DNA of 63,955 nucleotides, the filler included, from Octopus bimaculoides (taxonomy: Eukaryota), in NCBI RefSeq assembly GCF_001194135.2. It is 7 parts of 6 records of this genome, joined end to end, with 100 filler letters (N's around TTAATTAATTAA, not from the genome) between each part and the next. Parts side by side here need not be neighbours in the genome. Positions count along the whole stretch, not along the records: positions 1 to 8,486 come from NC_069003.1; positions 8,587 to 22,503 come from NC_068982.1; 5 more parts are not named here. One strand, written 5' to 3'. This document shows positions 1 to 12,592 of the stretch, in pieces. The notes beneath the pieces are model-generated. The model made no database searches. It had not been told where the DNA came from and saw only the letters and a list, made by a program, of their open reading frames with translations. A program made the position numbers and the translations under genes. Position 1 is the stretch's first letter. The number at the start of each line of letters is the position of its first letter.

Positions 1-221
1 ATTTATCAAGGCCAAATTGCATCCTGATGTCATCACTGAATTGTTTAACAATCGCTAGTAGGCCTTTGAGTTGTTGGTCATTTTTTGCAAAGAGCTTTAA
101 ATCATCCATGTAAATGAGATGATTTATATTTTTATCAAATATTTTATAACCATACTGTGCATCATTGAGCAATTTTGAGAGCGGTATTAGGGCTAGACAG
201 AAGAGGAGTGGTGATAGTGAA

Positions 222-800
222 TTATTATTGTTATTATTATTATTATTGAGTGAGAGAGCAGTGCATGCCATCAAAGTAACATGGGGGTAAAATATACAAA
301 GCCTAGTATACCCATCATGACTACCCGTCTGATAAGGGTACACCAGGCACATGCATCATAATCATATGTGCGTGAAATAGTGATCTCATATCAAGATAAA
401 CAGCACATGACTTTGCAGGTGGGGCCCAGTTAGAATTTTCTTCAGGTCGAGTAGCCCATCCCACTCAAAAGGTCCCTGAATAAGGGTTGTTTAAGGATGT
501 TGAACAAACCACCTGTGTTTCCAAAGGTGAATTATCCAAGCCCCAAAGAATTCCTTTCAACACCTGACTATGATGCTCCCCGACTATTTCTGCTTGTGAT
601 CAGAGATGCACATATCATCAGCCACCAAGGGACATGCTCAACTGGTTAAGGTCAAACAACTGACAAGCAAATCTGTGGTATCGAGCAGAATATTTACTGT
701 AGTCCATCTTTTATACCAAGACAAGACAATGTACATGATAAGACTTCCAATCAGTTAAGATAAGAAGCCATGAGAGCCACTGCCTGGTACTGCATCAGGG
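222..800 (-). repeat. Unclassified ~570-bp element ending in an (AAT)n tail, probably a retroposed non-autonomous repeat
   Basis: Higher-complexity block bounded by (TTA)n at 222-248 and by the A/T-rich tail of the adjacent LINE. Only one copy in the window, so repeat status is inferred. Confidence 0.35.
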
Positions 801-802
801 CA

Positions 803-3200
803 TTTTATTATTATTCTAACGCTGGAGATGTACTACAGTGTCANNNNNNNNNNGCATTTTATTATTATTCTAACGCTGGAGATGTACTACAGTGTCAGCT
901 GTTCACTACCAGTGAACTAAGGTAACACCTCTTATTTTTCAAGCACCTTCCGGAATATTCAAGTGGTCCCAAGCAGTGCTGTTTTCTACAAGTGCTCCAC
1001 CCTTATTGCAGCCCCTATTTGTTCCATGTATTTCTCGAAATATTTGCTCACTGTTCCCAGGGCCCCAACAATTACTGGTACTACTGCTACCTTTTTCATC
1101 GACCACAACTGCTTAACTTCCTAAGCTAACCTGTCATATCTCTTGACTTTTCTTTCTTCCTTATCGCATACCTTGTTGTCAGCTGGGCATGCTATATCTA
1201 TGATCCAGCATAGTTTGTTTTCTTTCTTAATTAAGACTATGTCCGGCTTCCTATTCTCTAACTCATGGTCGCACTGAATCATATCCCATAGGATTTTTGC
1301 ATTTCTATTTTCGACGATGCTTTCAGGCTTGTGGTCGTACCAATTTTTTTACTCTGTCAAGTCCATACATATTGCAGAGTGTCCAATGGACAAACATGGT
1401 TATATTGTCATGGCGTCTCTTATATTCCTTCTGGGCATATATAGGCTAGTAATATGCCATACAGTTTCACCGTTTTGTTCACAGATTCTGCACTTATCAC
1501 TTTCTGCTGTGTTGTCTATTCTGTATTTTATGGAGTTTATTCTTAGTGCTTGCTCTTGGGCAGCACAGATTAGAGCCTTTGTTTCCGGTTTTAAATCACT
1601 TTTAATCATCCACAGCCATCTTTTTTCTCTGTCTGTCTTATCTTCAACATCCCTATGAAATTGACCATGCATTCTTTTCTTTACCCACCTATTTCCAGTT
1701 TCATTCGTTTTCAATTTCTTGTATACTGTTTTATTTTTGCAATCTTTCGTCCTACACAAGCCTGACCTTCCTACCTCTAACAATAGTGGTTCTGTGGTAT
1801 ATTTTACATACTGCCCAGGTGTTGATAGCTTTGATTTTATTCCGTCCATTTACTTTTGACTTAAGGACCAGTTTCGGTCTGAGCAAGTGTTCCACCTTAA
1901 ATTTTTCTATCATTTCTTTCTCCATCAATTTATCCATTGCCAAAATCTCCAAGTACTTATTTTGCCCATCTCTTCTATCTGCTTCATATTTTCCCCTAAT
2001 GGTATTGTTAGCCCGTCTATACATTTGATTTTGCCTCTCTTCAAGACTAACACACCACACTTTCTCAATCCGAACTCCATTCTGATATCAGCACTGAAGG
2101 TATACACCGTATCAATGAGGGAACTGACTTGGGCTTCTTCTTTACCGTAAAGTTTGAGGTCATCCATGAATAATAAATGGTTGACTTTTTGCTGGTAGCT
2201 TTTGAATACATACCCAGCTTTTACTTTCCTCAGAATCAGTGTTAGTAGTATCAAGCACAGTACAAAGATCCTAATTTCTACTGTCCCAAAACTTCTTCCA
2301 TATGCTGTCAAGTCCATCCTCCAATTTACCATACTTTTTCCAAGCAATCGCTCAACATTCGATGCAATAGGTTCATACACTCCATAATCCAAGAATGTGG
2401 GATCATATCGTATGCCTTACAATAGTCGATCCATGACATGGCTAAGTTACTTTTCCTCCTCTTGCAGTCTCTAAGTACAGTTTTGTCTATCAGGAGTTGA
2501 TCCTTGGTGCCTCAGCACTTGCGCTTGCAACCTTTCTGCTCATGTGGCAGGACTCCATTTTTTTTCCAGATGTTTGTACATTGACTCTGCAAGTATTCCA
2601 GTCAATATCTTCCACATAAGTGGCAAACAGGATATTGTCTACTGCATTGCCTTTCTCAATGTTTTTCAGGTACAGCACAGTCTTACCCAATGTCAACCAC
2701 TTTGGTGTTCCTTGGTTGGCATTTAACAAGGTGTTGAGTTGCACCACTATTCATGCATGACAGTCACCAAATCTCTTGATCCAGTAGCCTTGAACTCCAT
2801 CTGGTCCCGGAGCCTTCCAGTTGCTCATTCTTTTGCTGATTTACTTCACTTCCTTAACTGAAATGATTAATTCTGCTTGTTTTGGACAGACTACTGTTTG
2901 TTTCAGTTCTTGCAACCATTCAGCATCCTTCTTGTGCTCCTTGTCTTTGCTCCAGATGTCACTCCAAAACCTCAACTTTTCATCTGTACCCTCTCCATTT
3001 ATTTCTTTATAGAATCTCTTCTGATCTACTCTGAATAACCTATTCTGGTGGTAACCCTTCATTCTTTGGTCGTATCTTACCATCTTTGCAACGAGGTGCT
3101 GTTTCAGTTCCTCCACTACTACTTTCAGCTCCTTTCTTTCAATATTATACTTCCTTTTCAGTGCCTTGTATTTTTGTTCGCTTTTAAGCTCCCCTTTCTC
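803..3200 (-). mobile_element. Decayed, 5'-truncated non-LTR retrotransposon, R4/Dong clade (RT + CCHC-type knuckle + restriction-like endonuclease)
   Basis: Minus-strand fragments in the expected order: EELKQ..RYDQR..QNRLF..FWSDIW; MSNWKAPGPDGVQGYWIK; HLLFMDDLKLY (RT catalytic motif); HGQF..LKPETKALICAAQEQAL..CRICEQNGETVWHI; RKPDIVLIKKENKLCWIIDIACP (RLE); IVVGALG..RKVLEK* at ~931. A short 3' UTR and (AAT)n tail follow. Multiple frameshifts and stops. Confidence 0.9.
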
Positions 3201-3884
3201 TTTTTCTTCTTCTTCTTCTTCTTATTATTAATGATAATACTGACTTTTGACCTCAATGATCACCACTAACACCTTGTTCCCAATCTCCCTATCTTCCAGT
3301 ATTCTCCCCTCCACCCCCGCAAACACCAATCTAAGAACTCTGTGAGACACTGTGTTGTTTTCTCTCAAAGGAAATAACTATTATTAGAAACTTCACTAAG
3401 TGGTCTTTGTAACTCCACAATTCTTCATAACCATACTGTTTGTTATATTGCAAGCGAAGAAGAAGCAAGATGACTTGGCAGAAAATTTTCGGCAACTCGG
3501 CACTCATAACTTGCTATCACTATTGTGCCATATGTTCATCGTCATGGTTACTGATTTGGGTTCCGAACCAAATGGAGTCATTTCTTTTTTCTCTTTCGTT
3601 CTTTCTTTCATTACTTGATTGACAGTTGTTTTTTTGCTCTCTTTTTTATTTTTCTGTTTCTATTATATATATATAAATACATGATTTCTTCATGTGTAAG
3701 AAGTAGGTATTTATAGAAATGGTGGCGGCGGCGCTGCTGCTGTTGGTGCTGGTTCTGGTGTGTGGCTGCAATGTTGATGAAGATTGTGGTGACACAGGTA
3801 TGGCTTATAGGTGCAGGGGGGGGCGTGTACACAAATAGACAGACAGATAGATAGATAGATAGATAGATAGATAAGGTGGGGGGG

Positions 3885-4110
3885 AGCCAGCAGAAACGTT
3901 AGCATGCCGGGGAAAATGCTTAGCAGTGTTTCGTCTGTATTTACATTCCGAGTTCGAATTCTGCCAAGGTCGACTTTGCCTTTCATCCTTTCAGGGTCGA
4001 TAAATTAAGTACCAGTTACGCACTGGGGGTCGATGTAATCGACTTAATCCCTTTGTCTGTCCTTGTTTGTCCCCTCTATGTTTAGCTCCTTGTGGGCAGT
4101 AAAGAAATAA
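3885..4110 (+). mobile_element. tRNA-headed SINE family A (central GTCGACTTTGCCTTTCATCCTTTCGGGGTCGATAAATTAAGTACCAG domain; possibly Meta/MESC-type)
   Basis: Many similar copies: + at ~17530-17870, 20715-20930, 22445-22745; - at ~24195-24360, 27425-27640, 27680-27825, 28380-28570, 35275-35465, 42100-42295, 42895-43085, 46475-46710. Superfamily label is from memory and needs checking. Confidence 0.85.
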
Positions 4111-4123
4111 GATAGATAAATAT

Positions 4124-4160
<37 letters not shown>

Positions 4161-4566
4161 TAATGTATGTATGTATGAAAGAAACCCATTGTAAAAGTGT
4201 ATGTATGTGTGTGTACCCTAGTCCTAACAGCATGTGATGGCCATAAACAAGCACCAAAATACAAGCAATGCTCCAATCTTTAATGGTAAACATGTCTGGT
4301 TATGGTGAAATATTTCCTTTGCTTGGAAACAGGAGAGGTTTGTAAACAGGAAAGGTATCTGTCCGCGCAAAACCTGCCTCAATTAACTCCATTTCGTTCA
4401 CATGAGCATAGAAAACAGGACATTTAAACGATGATGATGTGTATAGAGATCAGTGGTAATTACTGGTACTTGAAAACTATACTACAGAAATAAAACGAAA
4501 TACATACAGCATGTCTGTACTCTGTTCATCGTTGTACTTTGTGGTTGTACTGTGTATTGAGCTGTC

Positions 4567-4835
4567 ATCATCATTTAACGCCTGCTTTCCATGCTAGCAT
4601 GGGTTGGACGATTTGACTGAGGACTGGCAAGCCAGAAGGCTGAACTAGGCTCCAATCTGATCTAGCAGCGTTTCTACAGCTGGATGCTCTTCCTAACGCC
4701 AACCACTCCGAGAGTGTAGTGGGTGCTTTTACGTGCCACCGACACGAAGGCCAGTCAGGAGGTACTGGCAACAGCCTCGCTCCAAAGGTGTTTTTTACAT
4801 GCCACCTGCACAGGAGCCAGTCCAGCAGTACTGGC
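4567..4835 (-). mobile_element. Family D: RTE-like 3'-end repeat with (GAT)n tail
   Basis: Recurrent motif CATCATCAT-TTAACG..TTTCCATGCTGGCATGGGTTGGAC..GCTGGATGCCCTTCCTAATGCCAACC. Other copies at ~4985-5180, 7880-8200, 26520-26730, 39320-39540, 41080-41280; opposite orientation at ~4270-4440 and 43110-43250. Confidence 0.75.
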
Positions 4836-6232
4836 ANNNNNNNNNNNNNNNNNNNNNNNNNNNNNNNNNNNNNNNNNNNNNNNNNNNNNNNNNNNNNNNN
4901 NNNNNNNNNNNNNNNNNNNNNNNNNNNNNNNNNNNNTGAGAAGAAGGGGAGATAACAAAGTATCCACAAATAAATACATGTATCATCATCGACATCATTC
5001 TTTCACATCCGTTTTCCATGCTGGCATGAGTTGGACGGCTTGACAGGAGCTGGCAAGGCCAGGGGATGCACCAGGTTCCACAGTCCGTTTCGGGTCAGTT
5101 TCTGCAGCTGGATGCTCTTCCTAATGCCAACCACTTTACAGAGTGTACTGGGTTCTTTTTATATGGCACCAACACCGTACACACACACACACACACACAC
5201 TGAGTAATGGCTATTTTCCATGTGGGCATGGGCTGGACGGTTTGACAGAATCCAATATGAACCACAGGGCTGCATTGAGTTCTGATGTCAGATTTGGAAG
5301 GGAGAGCAACAAATGGTTAGAGATGTGGAGAGAGGTGAATGTAGTGAGTAATGAGCAAGGGTGGAGGTGCAGTTGATGAGAAATTACTGGCACTGCATCT
5401 GTTTTGATGATGAGTGTTCCAGTTGATCCAATCAACAGAACAACCTGCTCATGAAATTAACAGGTAAATGGCTGAGTACGCCACAGACATGTGTACCCTT
5501 AACATAGTTCTCAGTGAGATTCAATGTGACACAGAATGTAACAAGACTGGCCCTTTAGAATAACAGGTGTAACTCATTTTTGACAGCTGAGTGAAATGGG
5601 GTAATGTGAAATAAAGTATTTTGCACAAGAACACAGCATGCTGTCCAGAATTGAACTCATGATCTTATGATCAAGAGCCAAATATCCTAATCATTAAGGC
5701 ACATGCCTACTGCTGATAAGAGGTAGCAATACTGAGAAGGGTAATGTGACAGAAATAGAAGTGGCTCAGGAAGGAGAATAGACCAGAAAGTAAGTGGATG
5801 ATGTACAGAATGTTGGAATACTGGGGAAAGAGATGTAGGGGTACATAAGAGTGGCTATAGTAAGTGAGGGCACGAAATGAGAGTGTGTTTGAGAATGATA
5901 GGAGATATGTGAGGTGATAAAATGGAGTAAGGCAGAGAAAATGGAGAGAGGTAACTGAAAGCACAGAAAAGGGTTTGGTGAGTGTAGTGTAGGAAGAGAA
6001 GATGGTTCCAGGGAGAGAGGGAGGAGGTAACTGGTAATACAAAGAAAGCAGATTGGTGGGAGTGACATGTGCTGATTCTGCTCTCAAGTGATTGCAGCAG
6101 CTAAGTAGTGCCATAGATAGAGGAGTGACAGAGGGATGAGATGCAGTGAGATTCCTCTTAAGCCTTATTTTTTGCTCAATTATGTATTCTCGTCTTAGTA
6201 TTCTTTATTTTTTATGCTCTTTCTCTCTCTCT

Positions 6233-6285
<53 letters not shown>

Positions 6286-6443
6286 GATAGATATACACAC
6301 TCACATATATATGCATACACACACACATATATGCATATGTGTATGTGTGTGTGTATATATATATATATGGGTATGTATATAAATATGTATATGTGTGTGT
6401 GTGTATATATATATATGTATGTATGTATATATATATATGTATG

Positions 6444-6494
<51 letters not shown>

Positions 6495-6974
6495 NNNNNN
6501 NNNNNNNNNNNNNNNNNNNNNNNNNNNNNNNNNNNNNNNNNNNNNNNNNNNNNNNNNNNNNNNNNNNNNNNNNNNNNNNNNNNNNNNNNNNNNNNNNNNN
6601 NNNNNNNNNNNNNNNNNNNNNNNNNNNNNNNNNNNNNNNNNNNNNNNNNNNNNNNNNNNNNNNNNNNNNNNNNNNNNNNNNNNNNNNNNNNNNNNNNNNN
6701 NNNNNNNNNNNNNNNNNNNNNNNNNNNNNNNNNNNNNNNNNNNNNNNNNNNNNNNNNNNNNNNNNNNNNNNNNNNNNNNNNNNNNNNNNNNNNNNNNNNN
6801 NNNNNNNNNNNNNNNNNNNNNNNNNNNNNNNNNNNNNNNNNNNNNNNNNNNNNNNNNNNNNNNNNNNNNNNNNNNNNNNNNNNNNNNNNNNNNNNNNNNN
6901 NNNNNNNNNNNNNNNNNNNNNNNNNNNNNNNNNNGTTTTGTACTTTTTTGGGGGTTTTTTTTTTTTGATGCAAT

Positions 6975-7660
6975 GATGAAGATGATGCAATTGTCTTGTC
7001 AGCTGTTATTTTTGTGATTATGGGGATGATGGAAGTGGTGGTTGTGGAGATTGAACTGATGATCACAGAGATGATGATGATGATGACGATGATGATGATG
7101 ATGATGACGATGAGAGAGAGAGAACCATCAGGGTTCATGATGATGACAATGGTGGTGAGAAAGATGATGGTGATGATGATGATGATGCCAACGAAGGTGG
7201 TAATGATACGATAATGATGATGATAATAATGATGATGATGGTTGGAAGGAGGAAAATGACGACGATGGTGATGATGATGATGACAATGTTGGTAAAAAAG
7301 TGGATGGTAATGATGATGATTATGATGACAATGGTGGTGAGGAAAATAATGGTGATGACAGTGATTATGATGTCAGTGATGGTGGTCATGGTGAAGATGA
7401 TGATGATGATGATGATGAAGTTGATGATGGGTGGCAGTGGTGGTGGTGAAGGTAGCAATGACGATGATGGTCATTATGGTAGTGGTAGTGGTGGTGGTTG
7501 TGGTAATGGTAGTAGTTGTGGTAATGGTGGTGGTGGTGGTGGTGGCGGTGGCGGCAGCAGCGGTGGTGGTGGCGGTGATGGTGGTGGATTTGGTGCCTGT
7601 GGTGGTAGTAGTAGTAGTAGTAGTAGCAGCAGTAGTTGTAGTAACTGTTGTTGTTGTTTC
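6975..7660. repeat. Degenerate (GAT)/(GGT)/(AGT) trinucleotide low-complexity tract
   Basis: Direct sequence. It explains the poly-M/V/G/H ORFs. Confidence 0.95.
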
Positions 7661-8447
7661 CTTTCTTTTCAGCTCTATAAATCCTCTCCACTTATCTTAA
7701 TTCCAAACTCTGTCCAGGTCTATACTATTTTTTTCCCTCAAATCAGTTAAAGTGTGGTTGGAGGATTCAATAATTGGCTAACGTTTCTAGCATGTGACTT
7801 TTTGCTAATGGCCATTGGTCTTGACCGTGTAATGCTATTGTTACTTCTCTTGTTGTTGTTATTCTTATACATGTTACAGTTGTCATCGTCATCATCATCA
7901 TCCTTTAATGTCCGTTTTCCATGCTGGCATGGGTTAGACAGTTTGATCAAAGCTGGTAAGCCTGAGAGAACTGCACCAAGTTCCAGTTTGATTTGGTATG
8001 ATTTCTACAGTTTGATGCCTTTCCTAATGCCAACCACCTTACAGAGTGGACTGAATGCCTTTTAAAAGCATGAATGCCTTTTAAAAGACTAAATGCCTTT
8101 TAAAAGCATCAGTACCAGCAAGGTCAAATTTGACATGGTTTCTAGAGCTGGATGCCCTTCCTAATGCCAACCACTTTACAGAGTGCACTGGGTGTTTTTC
8201 ACATGGGTGGGCATGGATGCTTTTAATGCGGACAGGCACAGGTGCTTTTTACATGGACCTGCATGAGGGCATTTGTCACCAATGTTTTTCAAGAAGAGCA
8301 CTTGTAGGTATTGGCCAGAAAGTTGGGAACAATGAAAACAAGGTATAGGCGATGAGAAGGGAGTGGATGGGTGTTAGCAAGAATGTTAACCAGACTTTCA
8401 GGTTTCTGATCTTCAGAAATGTGAAACTAGGAGTAACTGGGTAGTGA

Positions 8448-8486
<39 letters not shown>

Positions 8487-8586
8487 NNNNNNNNNNNNNN
8501 NNNNNNNNNNNNNNNNNNNNNNNNNNNNNNTTAATTAATTAANNNNNNNNNNNNNNNNNNNNNNNNNNNNNNNNNNNNNNNNNNNN

Positions 8587-8654
<68 letters not shown>

Positions 8655-9046
8655 TTTATTAAAAGTTGAAGAGGATGGTTTATAAGGCGTGTAGAAGATT
8701 AACAGCAAAATACTATCAGAATCTGTCCCCTTATAATAGCGTGTCCCATTCGAGTCATATCATCACCTATTAAGGTTTTAATCATTTATAGTCAAGGCAG
8801 ATTCCACAATTTTGGGACTGTGTCCTTCCATATCTTTTGTAAGATATGAAAAGCAAACCCTAATTTAAATAGCCATATGTGTGCCATACTTAACGAATAC
8901 GCACCGTTATTGTGTCTCATTTACTTATTTAAAAATAAATAAATGCATAAGTAAATGAGTGGAAATTGAACCGGTGAGTGTGTTAAATAATAAGGCACTA
9001 AAAGAGAACAGANNNNNNNNNNATATATATATATATATATATATAT

Positions 9047-9200
9047 AGTTGAAATTTACCGATAAACAGAAGACGAAGACAGGTGTATGAATAACAAGCA
9101 GGTGTATTAGTTTGACGTACAGGAAAGTAAGGAAGTCGTTTACGTTTCGAGTCTACGCTCTTCAACAGAAAGGAATATGAGGAAATAAGCAGAGAGAGAA
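9047..9200 (-). ncRNA. Short repeat with hammerhead-like fold, variant core CUGUUGA (copy 1)
   Basis: Minus strand 9174-9136 reads UUCCUUU-CUGUUGA-A-GAG(CGUAGA)CUC-GAAAC-GUA-AACGA. Homologous copies at 55605-55716 (truncated) and 56830-57050. Confidence 0.5.
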
Positions 9201-11108
9201 TAAATAAATAAATAAATAAATATATATACATATTGTGAGTTTAATACAAATTCTATGAATAGATTTTATCTCAGATAAGAAGCACAGCGTTATGATGTTC
9301 TAAGGAGTTTACTTATACATCCAGTATGGTCCGCAGATGGTTATGTTAATTCAATGTTGTTCCAATTACGCACATAACCTTGACAATAGCAGACACAGGT
9401 TGTTGTGTACGAGTTTCTAGTTGTTCCCTTGTACTATTTCCCCTCCTTGCACTTTCATTTTACTTTTTAAGAATCAGTGAACCACCATGAGGTGATAAGT
9501 AGTATCTGGTGTCGCTAACTTCTCAATTCTCTTTGGGTTGGACTTATGGTCACCCATTGCACCTAATAATTTCTCCATACAAAACGGTATGATGCTGGTA
9601 GTGTCTTCTTCTTCTTCTTCTTCTTCTTCTTCTTCTTCTTCTTCTTCTTCTTCGAAAGCATTGTGCAGAGGCACCATGTTCTAATGATGGCAAAACTATT
9701 CATCACCTTCATCACTCACCACCAGTTGCTATCAATCATCATTCGTCGTCAATAATCACCAGTCACCAATCACCAATCATGATTAATCATCATCATGATC
9801 ATCATCATCATCATCATCACAGTTATAGTCATTATCTATTTGTATTGTCTCAACAACACTGCTCGTACGGTTTTCACACCAGTTGCTCCGTTGCTCCACC
9901 GACTCCTCGTAATTTTCACTTAATACATTTAATGTTTGCCTTCCTCAAAATTTTGGCTGTTGATGATGGTTATTTTTTTCTTTCTTTTTTTTTTTTCTTT
10001 TTGATGGTTTAAAGTTTGGGAAGTGTGTCCCTTATAATAAGATCCTAACAAGGCACAAAACCAGCAATTTCGAAAAGAAGGGCTCAGTCTGTACTTGACT
10101 GGTAATTCTTTTGTCGACTCGGAAAGATGAAAGTCAAAACTGATCCCCACCCCACCTCCACCCCCACTTCCGGTGGGATTTGTGTAGTCTTTATGTCATA
10201 GTTCGTATTTTAATAGTTTCAGTCACTAGACTGCAGTCATGCTGGAGCACCGCCGTGAGGAATTTTCAGTCGAATGAATCGCTCCAAGTACTGATTCTTT
10301 TTAAGCCTGGTACTTATTATATCGGTCTATTTTGCCGAACCGCTAAGTGGAAGAAACGCAAACACAGCACCACCGGTTGTTAAGCGGTGCTGCGAAACAA
10401 ACACAGACGCACGCGCACGCGCGCACATACACGCATGCACACACACATACACGCACGCACGCACATGCACACACACACACACACAGACTCATACACACAC
10501 TCACACACGTACACACGTACACACACACACACACACACGTACACACACACACACACGCAGCTTTCAGTTTCCGTCACACTTCTATATTACAGGTGTATTA
10601 TTGACAGATTCGTTGGAGGGTGGAATTGAATATACCTGGTGGTATTTGTTCCTGCTTTCTGTGATGTGAGTTCAGACTTCACTGAGGTCAGTAGCACAGA
10701 ATCAATATGCACTCGTTAAGATGAAGTGTATATTAACGCAGCCTCTATATATACCTGTGAAGTTGATGCGTATCACACACCTGGAATATACACCTGTAAA
10801 CATAAAGTGATTAACACACACCCGCAATATACACTCCTAATGTAGAAGTGTATATTAACATATCTAAGAAGTGTATTAACACACCTTGATTATACACCTG
10901 TAAAGAAGTGTTTATTGACACACCTTTAATGTACAGGCGTGGCTGTGTGGTATGAAGTTTGCTTCCCAACCACATGGTTCCGGGTTCAGTCCCACTGCAT
11001 GGCACTTTGGGTGTCTTCTACTATAGCCTCGAACTGACCAAAGCCTTGTGAGTGGATTTCGTAGACGGAAACTAAAAGAAGCCTGTTGTATATCAACATA
11101 TATACTTA

Positions 11109-11152
<44 letters not shown>

Positions 11153-11622
11153 TTTGTGTTTGTATTTGCCCCCTCGCCAACTGACAAGCTGTATTAATGT
11201 GTTTAGGTCCCCGTAACTTAGCAGTTTGGCAAAAGAGATCGAAAGAACCAGGCTTTAAAGAAAATGCTGAGGTCGATTCATTCGACTGAAAATTCCTCAA
11301 GGTGGTACTCCAGCATGGCCGACCCTGAATATACACCCGTAACGAATACGTTTCTATAAACATGCTCCAATATACACCCGTAAAGATGAAATGTATCGAA
11401 ACACTTATCACTACAATAGGAGTCGCACCTGCATCCCTATATCACGTGACCATGTGACCGACCAGGTTATCAGGTGTTGTTACACATCGCTTGTTGCAAT
11501 GCGCCTTCAAATGACGCCAGCCCACTGTCTAAGTGAGCAGGCCAACAATACCCCCACCCTTGATAAAAAACGGGATAGGAGCAGCGTGAAATGAAGTGTT
11601 TTGTTCAAGAATACAACGTGCC

Positions 11623-11697
<75 letters not shown>

Positions 11698-11753
11698 ATC
11701 AAGGATTATATTGTTTGGATTTGGTTTGGAAGATTCTTTATGTGAGTTCGTGT

Positions 11754-12038
11754 GTTGAAGCATGTTTTGTTGTGTCTGGGGAAAGTCATTCTCTCTTAGT
11801 GCCTTATAATTTAACACACTCACCGGTAAAATTTCCACTCATTTCCTCCTTTATTTTTCTAGAAGTTTCGTTGAGTTTTGCAACCTTTTCAACGACCATT
11901 GTAAAGGTTGCAAGACGCAACGAAAATTTTAGAAAAATGAAGTAGGAAATAAGTGGAAATTTTACCAGTGTGTGTGTTGAATAATAAGGCACTAAAAGAA
12001 AATGACCCTCCCCAGACACAACAGAATATTGTTTAATA
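11754..12038. mobile_element. Fold-back MITE-like element
   Basis: Long imperfect palindrome: TTGTGTCTGGGG..TTAGTGCCTTA..GGTAAAATTTCCACT..TTGCAACCTT / AAGGTTGCAA..AGTGGAAATTTTACC..TAAGGCACTAA..CCCCAGACACAA. A related right arm lies at ~8920-9010. Confidence 0.8.
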
Positions 12039-12164
12039 TTTCCTTCTTTGTATATGGCAACATGTAACAGGAAAGGTATTTTGACTGCTATTTCTACCAT
12101 GTCAAGAGACCACAAAATGTCTCCTTCATTTGATGAACCAATATTTGGACTATTTAACCACAAC

Positions 12165-12370
12165 ATATGGTTACACTCTGACCTCTACATGTGAATACAA
12201 TCTTGTTATTTGGCCTCTACATGTAGCTACATTCAAGCCATTTGATCTTTAAATGTGAATACATTCTTGTTATTTAACATCTACATGTGGTTACATTCCA
12301 GCCATTTGATCTCTACATGTGAATACAATCCTGTTGTTTGACCTCTACATGTGGTCATATCAAAACTATT
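12165..12370. repeat. Tandem repeat, ~64-bp unit built from two ~32-bp subunits, ~3 copies
   Basis: Recurring TTGA(T/C)CTCTACATGTG(AA/GT)TACA. Confidence 0.85.
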
Positions 12371-12592
12371 CAATTTTATTTGTTGTTGTTGTTGTTTCCA
12401 GGTGAGATAACTTTCGTAATACAAAAGAAAATTGCATAGTTATCTCCCTTTACCGTAATTTAGTCTATCAATGAGAGATGGTTACGTTGATTTGCTTGTC
12501 TCTCCCGTTTTATGTTATTTGGCGACTTAAATATTAAATTTCTGAGGCCAGAATCGTTTTTTCTTTTGTGAAGGGGTGTCATAAAATTAGAA

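Noticed and set aside
800-897. Direct duplications flanking short N gaps (also ~19000-19190 and 52300-52420)
   Set aside because: Identical sequence on both sides of a short gap indicates unmerged contig overlaps.
6212-7750. Long ORFs of poly-YI/HT/CV/M/G and X runs (also 13270-14640, 17051-17598, 49679-51900, 58600-61700)
   Set aside because: Translations of microsatellites and N gaps.
8531-8542. TTAATTAATTAA repeated six times (also 22548, 49539, 58628, 61374, 62595)
   Set aside because: Always centred in a ~100-nt N block. It is an artificial contig-join spacer with stops in all frames, not biology.
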